From an uncultured archaeon (GTDB lineage Archaea > Asgardarchaeota > Heimdallarchaeia > Heimdallarchaeales > Kariarchaeaceae), in contig CAZYCQ010000006.1 in the NCBI GenBank assembly GCA_964645535.1, forward strand, positions 27,137-91,136: a DNA stretch of 64,000 bases, written 5' to 3'. The notes beneath the pieces are model-generated. The model had not been told where the DNA came from. It saw only the letters and a program-made list of their open reading frames with translations, and ran no database searches. Both the position numbers and the translations under genes were made by a program. This document shows, one piece after another, positions 56,123-64,000 of the stretch (positions are counted from its first letter, which is position 1; each line of letters begins with the position of its first letter).

Positions 56123-57015
56123 TGCAATTAGAAGCCGTAAAGGAAAAAATTAGAATCACCAAGCCAGTTTATTCACTTGCAATTTCGATGAATCGGGCGA
56201 ACAGAACAACCAAAGCCCTAACAATTGGAATGTTCATTCCAGTACTTGTCCAAATGGTGATTTATTTCTATGGAATTTATGACAACCGGTGGGATTTTAT
56301 TCAGATTAACCCTCGAGACTTAACAGGAGGAGATTTTTACCGGAGAATGCTCCGCGTTCAGTTGAATGCCGCATTCCCTTATTTTTATACAATGACAGCT
56401 TTAATTATTGGGACTAACATGTATAGGGAAGAAATAAATGAAGATACAATCACCTATACCATAACGAAACCGCTTCCTCGAAATTACATCTTTCTTCAAA
56501 AATATTTGGCCTATTTACGGATTTCCTTTTTTATCACTTTCCCGGCGCTTTCTGTATCATTTTGGAGCTCCGTACTTGTGTCCATGGTTTTTGATTCCAA
56601 TTTCAATTATGGGGGAAGAGGAACAACTCTTATCTCATATCTGGCAATATCCACTGAAAACTGGATCATTCTTATTATTGGTCTTCTTATTCTTCTAGCA
56701 ACATTGGGAGTGGTTTTTGTTACTACAGGACTTCTCCTGAACCGCCCCCTGTTAGTAAACCTCTTTATCGGTTTTGGAATATTAATTGAACGAATCTTGA
56801 TAGATTTGATCGACAATAGGATTGAACCATTGTATCTAGCCCAAAATTTCATTGTCAGAACCTTAGTTGGCTTCGATGAAGCATTTGCAGGATTCCTACG
56901 GTCACGGGAAATTTTCGGATTTGGATTGGACGGAACAATCATCAATTCAATACTTATTGTATTTATTGGATTATGGTATGGTATGAGAAAGTCATTGGAG
57001 AAAGAATTTTGGTAA
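56119..57015 (+). CDS. ABC-2 type transporter permease 2
   Basis: ATGA overlap with the upstream stop, and GGAGG 8 nt upstream of ATG 56119. Multiple TM helices. Confidence 0.6.
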   Translation: MMQLEAVKEKIRITKPVYSLAISMNRANRTTKALTIGMFIPVLVQMVIYFYGIYDNRWDFIQINPRDLTGGDFYRRMLRVQLNAAFPYFYTMTALIIGTNMYREEINEDTITYTITKPLPRNYIFLQKYLAYLRISFFITFPALSVSFWSSVLVSMVFDSNFNYGGRGTTLISYLAISTENWIILIIGLLILLATLGVVFVTTGLLLNRPLLVNLFIGFGILIERILIDLIDNRIEPLYLAQNFIVRTLVGFDEAFAGFLRSREIFGFGLDGTIINSILIVFIGLWYGMRKSLEKEFW

Positions 57016-57082
57016 TATGATTGTTCTTCTATCAAAGTATTTATATCAATTTTTTTCGTTTAATTCATAAGGTTGTTAAATA

Positions 57083-57445
57083 ATGGAAACGTCAGAAGGC
57101 GAACATGCATATTGTCCATTGGCAATGGCGTCTCTCCTATTGAGTTCGAAATGGGATCTAATCATCATCTCAAATCTAATGTCGGGACCGAAACATTTCC
57201 AAGAACTGAAGACCATGATATCCATGGGGATTGAGGGAACCATTACTCCTGCCTCACTTTCTAGAGTACTAAAACGATTGCAGGAAGAAGGTCTAATTGA
57301 ACGACAGGTCAAGGTGAAGGATCTTTCGCCAATTGAGATACAATATAGGCTCACTAAGATGGGAGAGGACTTGCGACCCGTTCTTGATGAACTCAGGAAA
57401 TGGGGAGAAAAATACCAGTACAAGATTATTCAAAAATCAAATTAA
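57083..57445 (+). CDS. HxlR-family winged-helix transcriptional regulator
   Basis: CPLAMASLLLSSKWDLIIISNLMSGPKHFQELK...LSRVLKRLQEEGLIERQV. Confidence 0.8.
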   Translation: METSEGEHAYCPLAMASLLLSSKWDLIIISNLMSGPKHFQELKTMISMGIEGTITPASLSRVLKRLQEEGLIERQVKVKDLSPIEIQYRLTKMGEDLRPVLDELRKWGEKYQYKIIQKSN

Positions 57446-58444
57446 AAGATTGACAGGTTGATGTGATTGGAGAGATCTTATTGATGCATCTACAAATTCC
57501 ATGACCCTTAATCCATTGTCAATATTCACCAATGGTTCAGCCCTTCCATTGATGACGTCTAGAAAATTCAGATGTTCTTCAAGGAGAGGCTCACCGTACA
57601 CCTTTATTGAAGACCCTGGTCCGTGGGGGATTGAGATGACTCCTTCTTGACTGGTAATGTTGCCTAATGCGCGTATTTCAATTGTTTGGGCGATGAGATC
57701 GACATTGAAAGTGGATTTTTCACATTCAATGGTTATCTTTCTCTCTTTGCCTGCAAATTCTCTTGAAAGATGAACCATCCCATGGAAATTGTCTCCGCTA
57801 ATGGATATCAGGGCAGAGTTGAGTGAATCTTCCTTATAGATACCTGTTGAATAGATTCTGAGTGACCCATTGACAAATCTGGAAAGAATATCGAAATCGT
57901 GCACACCCAGATCCTCCAAAACACCGGATAAAGACCCCAGGCGTTCAATAGGGACTGCACCTTTTCGGCTCACGGTGAAGGTTCGCACTTTTCCATAATG
58001 ACCGGATTTAATCAATTCAATGAATTTCGATACAACAGGATTGAATACCTCAATGTGTCCAATTAAAGTCTTTACCTGCATGGACTGGAGGATTTCCGCC
58101 ACCTTTCTTGATTCATGCAGATCAGAGGCCACAGGTTTTTCCAAAAGAACTGCCTTTATCCTTTCAAACTTTTTTTGGATCTGTTCAACTACAGACAGAT
58201 GAAATTTGGTAGGTACAGCAATAATAATCCCATCAGGAGTAAATTCCACCTCGTCCAATGATTGATAGGTAGGAACATCATATTCACGGTCTGCAAGGCT
58301 TCTTGCCTTTTCCGAAGGTTCAACAATTCCTCCTAGGACCCCTAATTTATTGGTGACTCTGGCATGTAGCCTCCCCATATTTCCAAATCCGATCAGTAGC
58401 TCTTTAACCACAACATTGGTCAGAATTGACCTGTAAAAAATCAT
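57437..58444 (-). CDS. Gfo/Idh/MocA family NAD(P)-dependent oxidoreductase
   Basis: N-terminal Rossmann LLIGFGNMGRLHA and the EKP motif VLLEKPVA. Start placed at ATG 58444. Confidence 0.7.
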   Translation of the reverse strand: MIFYRSILTNVVVKELLIGFGNMGRLHARVTNKLGVLGGIVEPSEKARSLADREYDVPTYQSLDEVEFTPDGIIIAVPTKFHLSVVEQIQKKFERIKAVLLEKPVASDLHESRKVAEILQSMQVKTLIGHIEVFNPVVSKFIELIKSGHYGKVRTFTVSRKGAVPIERLGSLSGVLEDLGVHDFDILSRFVNGSLRIYSTGIYKEDSLNSALISISGDNFHGMVHLSREFAGKERKITIECEKSTFNVDLIAQTIEIRALGNITSQEGVISIPHGPGSSIKVYGEPLLEEHLNFLDVINGRAEPLVNIDNGLRVMEFVDASIRSLQSHQPVNLLI

Positions 58445-58548
58445 ACGACAGGTACGAGTTCTTCCCACACTAATTGGATTAATTCTTGCACCAAACCAAT
58501 CGGATTCAGCTAGTTTTAAGTTCTTTGGAATTTCGGTAATATTCAGTC

Positions 58549-60087
58549 ATGACTATTTTCACCAAGAGAGGCGGAATTGTTGTTTTCAACGGAATTTTGT
58601 TTTTGGCGGTCGGTATCGCAATGGCAGGTTATAAAGCCATTGGAATCTTTGCAAACACCTTTCTAGCGCAAGCATTAGGTGACTATGCAACAGACGACGC
58701 GATTCGAGCCTTGTATCCAACCAATGAGGCAATAGCGGAAAACGGGATGGCAGCTTTAGGTCAGATCTTGGGAATAACAATTTTGGAAGCACTATTTCGG
58801 GCGATTTTGGACAGATTAGTCACAATAGACAATTCGCTGATCTTCTACTTCCTAATGATTGGATCCATGCTGATCTTCTCAGTTGTAGTGAGCTTTCCGT
58901 TGTTTGCTGCCGGAGCAGATTATAAATCCGTGAAGATAGTCCGAAAAGTTGAAAGAGAAAAGGTGTTTGCGGGGGATTACTTGCTTGTCGAAGTAAAGGT
59001 GAAAAATAAGTCATTAAATCAGATCCCTGTTTTGGAGGTTTATGATGCCTATCCAGAAGTATTTGATTTGGCGCTAGGTGAGAATTTCATTTCTACACAA
59101 TTGGCAAGTAAACAATCGATAGTGTTTGCATATATTCTGAGAATTCCAATACGCGGAAGATTCCTGATAGGTCCAACCAAGGTCATAATTCATGACCGTC
59201 AAGGTTTCTTTTCAACTGAGGCGATTCTTGCGGAAATGACAGAAGTTCTAGTCTATCCATCCTATGAAGATATCAAGAAATTGCAGATGCTGGGTTCCAA
59301 ACGACAGCTCGGAGTTCTATTCGGAGCTCATAAAACCAAAATCAAAGGTTCCGGTACAGATTTCTTCGGAATCAGAACCTATCAACCCGGAGACCCCTTA
59401 AAGTATGTTCACTGGCCTTCAGTTGCCAAATCCGGCGGAGAAAAAATGATGGTTCGGGAATTTGAATCCGAACAGAACATCAGGGTCATAATCATGATAG
59501 ATGCATCCGCCTCCATGGGGGCAGGACTCCCAAGAAATACAAAGTTGGAATATTCAATCAGAGGGGCAGTCCTAATGGCATATTTGGCCTTAGAAAAGAA
59601 GGATTCAGTTGGATTGGTGGTATTTGACAAAGAATTGCGAACGTATCTTGAACCTTCTGGAAATCAAAATTTCATGTATCAATTCCTAGAAAGTTTGGCA
59701 AATATCACACCACAAGGACGTCCGGACATCGTAAGTGTAGTTGAAAGCTTGATTCCACGAATGACAAAGGCCTCTTATTTTGTTCTATTTTCCGATTTGG
59801 AAATGAACCATGAGGAAATTATCGATGCAATGAGAAAGCTTAGGGCACATAAGCATAGGGTGATGATAATTTCCCCATTTGGACCATGGTTCGAAGCAAG
59901 GGTTTCAGAACTATCTCCAACAGATCGGATGATTGGTGAAGCCATCCAAGAAGGGTTCATTTCACAACGAACAGAATTATTCAAGCTATTAAGAGGGCTA
60001 GATGTCATTGCCATGAGTGTGGGGCCCGATGATATGCTAGCCAATGTAATGGCGGAATTTTCCAAGATGAAAGCAATTGGTTCATAG
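58549..60087 (+). CDS. DUF58 (vWA-like) protein with N-terminal TM helices
   Basis: GTDFFGIRTYQPGDPLKYVHWPSVAKSG...MVREFESEQ is the DUF58 signature. Confidence 0.8.
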   Translation: MTIFTKRGGIVVFNGILFLAVGIAMAGYKAIGIFANTFLAQALGDYATDDAIRALYPTNEAIAENGMAALGQILGITILEALFRAILDRLVTIDNSLIFYFLMIGSMLIFSVVVSFPLFAAGADYKSVKIVRKVEREKVFAGDYLLVEVKVKNKSLNQIPVLEVYDAYPEVFDLALGENFISTQLASKQSIVFAYILRIPIRGRFLIGPTKVIIHDRQGFFSTEAILAEMTEVLVYPSYEDIKKLQMLGSKRQLGVLFGAHKTKIKGSGTDFFGIRTYQPGDPLKYVHWPSVAKSGGEKMMVREFESEQNIRVIIMIDASASMGAGLPRNTKLEYSIRGAVLMAYLALEKKDSVGLVVFDKELRTYLEPSGNQNFMYQFLESLANITPQGRPDIVSVVESLIPRMTKASYFVLFSDLEMNHEEIIDAMRKLRAHKHRVMIISPFGPWFEARVSELSPTDRMIGEAIQEGFISQRTELFKLLRGLDVIAMSVGPDDMLANVMAEFSKMKAIGS

Positions 60088-60198
60088 AGACAAAAGGAAA
60101 TAGGCAACTCGATACAGCAAAACACTTTTGATGGGTAAGCTTTTTTTTGTAAAATGTCCTACTACCGATAAGCTATACCTTGGTATTGTGATGGAACC

Positions 60199-61194
60199 AT
60201 GTCAGAAACAGAAAAGAAAGCTACCAAAAGCAAGAAGGCCAAAGATGCAAGGATGACCCCAGAAGACATTAAGAATATCTGGGAAGAATGCTATGCCGAA
60301 GTCAAGAAAGTTGTTATCGGAAAGGCAGATGTTTTGGAGGATATAATGATTGTATTGCTTGGAGAAGGGCATATCCTTCTAGAAGGGGTGCCGGGCATTG
60401 CAAAAACACACATAACCAATTCGTTCGCTTCGGCCATTGGATTGGAATTCAACAGAGCTCAATTCACACCAGACCTACTTCCATCGGATGTGTTGGGGAC
60501 AAATATCTATGATCCAAAAACAGGTACCTTCAAACTTCGGAGAGGGCCAATTTTCACCAACCTGCTCCTTGCCGACGAAATCAACAGAAGTCCCCCCAAG
60601 ACTCAAGCAGCCTTATTGGAAGCTATGGCGGAAAAACAGGTTTCCATTGAGGGAACAACCTATAAGCTTGATCGTCCATTCATCGTAATTGCCACTCAAA
60701 ACCCGGTTGAGCAGGAAGGAACCTATCCCCTACCGGAAGCGCAGGTCGACAGGTTTGGAATGAAACTACTACTTACCCTCCCCGAACCTGATGAAGAGTT
60801 GGATATTATCAAACTAAAGCACGAAGGAACAAAATTGAAGGTCAGAAGGGTCACTACTGCCCAAACAGTGAATAAAATGATCGAGGTGGTCAAGGAACAC
60901 ATCTACATTTCCAATGACGTAATGGCCTACATGAGAGACATCATTGTCAAAACCAGAACCGATCCAAGATTGGTGCTGGGATGTTCACCAAGAGCTTCTA
61001 TTGCCTTACTTGGCCATTCCAAAGCTCATGCAGCATTGAAAGGCAGATCATATGTTATCCCTGATGACTGCAAGAGAGTAATGGTCAATACTATCCACCA
61101 TCGTTTGCAAATCAAATCAGAGTTTGAATTGGAAGGAGTTACTGGAAAGGTGGTTATTGAGGACATCATGAACTCAACCACGGTTCCTGTATAA
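60199..61194 (+). CDS. MoxR-family AAA+ ATPase
   Basis: Walker A LLEGVPGIAKT, Walker B LLADEINRSPPKTQAALLEAM, and VIATQNPVEQEGTYPLPEAQVDRF. Confidence 0.9.
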   Translation: MSETEKKATKSKKAKDARMTPEDIKNIWEECYAEVKKVVIGKADVLEDIMIVLLGEGHILLEGVPGIAKTHITNSFASAIGLEFNRAQFTPDLLPSDVLGTNIYDPKTGTFKLRRGPIFTNLLLADEINRSPPKTQAALLEAMAEKQVSIEGTTYKLDRPFIVIATQNPVEQEGTYPLPEAQVDRFGMKLLLTLPEPDEELDIIKLKHEGTKLKVRRVTTAQTVNKMIEVVKEHIYISNDVMAYMRDIIVKTRTDPRLVLGCSPRASIALLGHSKAHAALKGRSYVIPDDCKRVMVNTIHHRLQIKSEFELEGVTGKVVIEDIMNSTTVPV

Positions 61195-61204
61195 TGGTGA
61201 GCAT

Positions 61205-62755
61205 ATGAGTGTCACAGAACGGGTTGGACAAGTCAGAGATCTATTCAGAAGTTCGAGAAGAAGAATCCAGATCTCCATGTGGGTCATCAGGGCAATTGGA
61301 TTCCTCATTCTGGGATTGATGATATCCACGATCATGAATGCAACCCTTCCAGGAGTCTTCACTACAACTAACCTTCAGGTTTTCTTTTTGATACTTTTCC
61401 TAGTGGTTTTCAGTTTGATCCTTGCCACCTTCACACTCGTCGGTACGCTCATGGCAATGCTTATTTCATTGATTCCATTAGTCTCAATTCCAGCAGATCA
61501 ATTGAGTGCCGAATTGGTTTTTGTGACTAGGGCGTTTGTTGAAAAGGTTTTATTCAGTTCATTGGATATTAGCTCGACAGGTCTTGACAAAGATCAATTT
61601 CTGGGTACAGGCACAGATCCGTTAGGCCCCCTTGCATATTTGATCAATAAACCACAAAGGGAATTGTACAACACTGCATTTGTCAACGGCACACTCTTCT
61701 TTGCCTTAATTCTAATGGTAATTGCTGGAATAAACTTTCTTTTCAGAGGTAATACTACCCAAGCAATCTCAGCATTTCTTCTCTCTCAATTTATCATTGG
61801 TTATGGATATATGAAAGACCGATTGCAACCCTTGGTTTTGCAGACAGGTTCTGTCAACGATCTTTTGGTATCTTCGATGTTTCAGATCGGTTTCATAACC
61901 TATCTTTTCCTTGAATATTCTCTTCAGACGTCATATCTTTCTTCTCTTGCACGACCCAGTTTGGAGCGCCAAACAAGAGTTCAGAAACAGATTGAACGGT
62001 TGGAAAAGTTCAAGTTAGGAATGGAGGAGGAAGAAACCAAGCAGAAACCAACCATTAAGGAGGAGGAAAAAGAAGAAAAAGAAGAAAAGATGAGCTCAGA
62101 ATTGTCAGCAGGGAGTGCAGGTTCCACCACCGCTAAAAAGTTTGGTGCTGAGGCACTGATGTTCCTTTTGGAAAGTGCTCATGATGCGGTATTGGCAAGA
62201 CCCGAAGGAGAACAGCAAAGATTGAATGTTAGGCTTCAAAGATATTATGAGGGCTTAACAGTTCACGATCGGAAACTTCCGTACAAGCTTGGAGGAACGG
62301 CTGGAAAGACCTTCAATCCATTTGTCACCTTATTCTACATAATTCTCTCTTCTGGATTGAGAATGACCGGAATTATTTTTCTGACTTGGTTAATCATCAA
62401 TCCGAAAATATTCTTTTCCAGTATCAATTTTCCACCCACATTGGTTAATTCCATAGAATTCGACCAACCGGAAGGTCTTTTGCTTGTTTTGATACCAGTT
62501 ATTTTCTTGATAATGGGAATCTCCATAATCCTCATTCGGATATTGAATTATTCCAGATCATCTGAAGAGCTGATAATCCAAGAACATGAGATCCAGGAAA
62601 TCATTAAAAGAGGGAAAGCGATTACCTCAAGAGAACAATACGAACAAATGATGAAGGAAGAGACGACGGCGAGTCCTACAAAAGAAAAGTCTCAATCCAA
62701 ACCTCAAACCAAACCTTCCCAAACAAAAAGACGAAGAAGAAAGAAGAAACGATAA
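61205..62755 (+). CDS. polytopic membrane protein with a central Glu/Lys-rich coiled-coil loop and Arg/Lys C-terminal tail
   Basis: Several TM helices. EEEETKQKPTIKEEEKEEKEEK. Tail SQTKRRRRKKKR. Third gene of the DUF58-MoxR string. Confidence 0.5.
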   Translation: MSVTERVGQVRDLFRSSRRRIQISMWVIRAIGFLILGLMISTIMNATLPGVFTTTNLQVFFLILFLVVFSLILATFTLVGTLMAMLISLIPLVSIPADQLSAELVFVTRAFVEKVLFSSLDISSTGLDKDQFLGTGTDPLGPLAYLINKPQRELYNTAFVNGTLFFALILMVIAGINFLFRGNTTQAISAFLLSQFIIGYGYMKDRLQPLVLQTGSVNDLLVSSMFQIGFITYLFLEYSLQTSYLSSLARPSLERQTRVQKQIERLEKFKLGMEEEETKQKPTIKEEEKEEKEEKMSSELSAGSAGSTTAKKFGAEALMFLLESAHDAVLARPEGEQQRLNVRLQRYYEGLTVHDRKLPYKLGGTAGKTFNPFVTLFYIILSSGLRMTGIIFLTWLIINPKIFFSSINFPPTLVNSIEFDQPEGLLLVLIPVIFLIMGISIILIRILNYSRSSEELIIQEHEIQEIIKRGKAITSREQYEQMMKEETTASPTKEKSQSKPQTKPSQTKRRRRKKKR

Positions 62756-62830
62756 AAATCCACAATGGTATGAGTTCGAGTTTGATTAAGTTTCGATACT
62801 GAAATAAATCATCCAAGTTCAACAAGATCG

Positions 62831-63631
62831 ATGGAAAATTTTGAAGATATTGTCGGGATATTGTTCAGTGGAGGTAAGGGTTCCCGGCTTTTTCCAATCA
62901 ATGAATTCTATCAGAAGGTAATGATGCCGATCGGGATTTATGGGACACCGCTTCTTGAATACGTAATCCGTCATCTCAAATACCATGGTATAAAAAATTT
63001 TATCGCGTTGATAGGATACAAAGGGGAGATGGTTCAACGTTATTTTGGAGATGGATCTCGATTTGGGGTCAACATTTCATATTGTTTTGACAATCCAAAT
63101 TTGAAAGGAACTGCATCTGCCCTTTGGAATGCAAAAGACATGATTGGGGATAGGGATATGCTGGTGTACTATACAGACATCCTGACATCATTGGATGTGG
63201 GAAAGTTCATTAAGGACTTTCGCAGTAAAAGCTGGGCTTGGGGAAACCTTTGGCTTGACCAGAATTGGGATGAAAGTGAAAAGATTGTCGAATATGATTC
63301 AGAGTTCGTGGTACAAGGTCTCTCATCGTCATTGAACAGTGAAGAAATTCCAGTTTCAGAAAGGTTATTTGTCAATACAGGAATTTCTTTGCTTTCCAAC
63401 AAGGTATTTGGTCTAATTGAAGAACTCATGCCCAAAAACATTGGTACAGACATAATTGAGTTGGACATTTCAAGGGACATCCTTCCTAGGTTGGCAGAGG
63501 AAGGAAGACTGGGCGGCTACTTTTCAGATAACTGGTGGGTTGATGTCGGAAGCATCACGCGACTGACATCTCTTTCACCACAGATTCTTGTCAGACAGAT
63601 GGCCCATCTTTCTGAGGAGGTAAAGTTTTAA
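62831..63631 (+). CDS. sugar-phosphate nucleotidyltransferase
   Basis: N-terminal GILFSGGKGSRLFPI (GxGxRL) pyrophosphorylase motif. Confidence 0.8.
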   Translation: MENFEDIVGILFSGGKGSRLFPINEFYQKVMMPIGIYGTPLLEYVIRHLKYHGIKNFIALIGYKGEMVQRYFGDGSRFGVNISYCFDNPNLKGTASALWNAKDMIGDRDMLVYYTDILTSLDVGKFIKDFRSKSWAWGNLWLDQNWDESEKIVEYDSEFVVQGLSSSLNSEEIPVSERLFVNTGISLLSNKVFGLIEELMPKNIGTDIIELDISRDILPRLAEEGRLGGYFSDNWWVDVGSITRLTSLSPQILVRQMAHLSEEVKF

Positions 63632-64000
63632 TGGTACTAGATGTAGTTATTCAATTTCCAAGAGTGGAAGGATTGAATCCCATCAATACATACCTCCATC
63701 CAGGATTGTGGTTAATTGGAAATGAGAAACAGAACGGATCCATTGAATCGAACAACCTGAGTGTTTTGGAATTGATCACCGGACATCTTAAACACCATAA
63801 CCTGACAAGTTTCAAATGGGTTGGAAAACGGGAAATCCTTCAAACCTACAAATTGGCAGAAACCCTCAGTGAACAGAAAAACATCAGAGTTCAAGTTGTT
63901 GAAGCCCATCAGGATTATTCGGTTGAACAACTAGTAAATTTACCTGACAAGCCAGTACTTCTTTATCCGGGACATATTCTAACCAACGCGAATTTTTCAA
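63631..64000 (+). CDS. partial CDS running off the window end (not in the ORF track)
   Basis: ATG at 63631 overlaps the upstream TAA (TAATG). Hand translation MVLDVVIQFPRVEGLNPINTYLHPGLWLIGNEKQNGSIESNNLSVLELITGHLKHHNLTSFKWVGKREILQTYKLAETLSEQKNIRVQVVEAHQDYSVEQLVNLPDKPVLLYPGHILTNANFS stays open for 123 codons. Confidence 0.5.
   Translation, partial: MVLDVVIQFPRVEGLNPINTYLHPGLWLIGNEKQNGSIESNNLSVLELITGHLKHHNLTSFKWVGKREILQTYKLAETLSEQKNIRVQVVEAHQDYSVEQLVNLPDKPVLLYPGHILTNANFS

Noticed and set aside
63712-63930. 72-aa minus-strand ORF near the window end
   Set aside because: The plus strand carries a TAATG-coupled frame open for 123 codons to the window edge, which is the more plausible coding frame.

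Overview
AT-rich, very gene-dense segment (about 65 genes, few intergenic gaps over 150 bp) of an archaeal chromosome. Archaeal hallmarks: ribosomal protein L40e (missing from the ORF track), an EF-2 family GTPase, a tRNA-Lys(UUU) with a textbook 37/38 bulge-helix-bulge intron, FlaI/TadC-type pilus machinery with class III signal-peptide proteins, 2-phosphoglycerate kinase paralogs and IorA. Shine-Dalgarno-like GGAGG/GAGGTG motifs precede many starts.

Gene content:
- 56-10917: type IV pilus-like locus.
- 12-15 kb, 27 kb, 38-42 kb, 63 kb: sugar-nucleotide and glycan genes, including three PGM/PMM paralogs, a UDP-sugar dehydrogenase, a Dpm1-like GT2 and a nucleotidyltransferase.
- Scattered: MoeA, a DASS transporter, a heterodimeric ABC exporter, a solitary C5 methyltransferase, CrcB/DUF190 and Nnr.
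- 45.8-51.6 kb: heme-copper oxidase cluster.
- 53.3-57 kb: ABC-2 exporter.
- 58.5-62.8 kb: MoxR-DUF58 module.

No cas gene, integrase, transposase or rRNA gene was recognised.

Most interesting leads:
1. Two paralogous polytopic membrane proteins carry a longin-like beta-beta-alpha-beta-beta-beta-alpha domain at opposite termini, flanking the S8 protease / EF-2 / GT2 block.
2. An orphan, decayed CRISPR-repeat-like cluster (units end in ATTGAAAC on the minus strand) abuts a start-less ORF and a tRNA-derived fragment just upstream of tRNA-Lys.
3. EF-2 has a non-canonical diphthamide loop.
4. The pilus ATPase is paired with a membrane-anchored JAMM protease.
5. The oxidase cluster has two CuA-type cupredoxin genes.

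The combination is reminiscent of Asgard-type archaea, but that is speculation. All family assignments come from motif reading by eye; no database search was possible.
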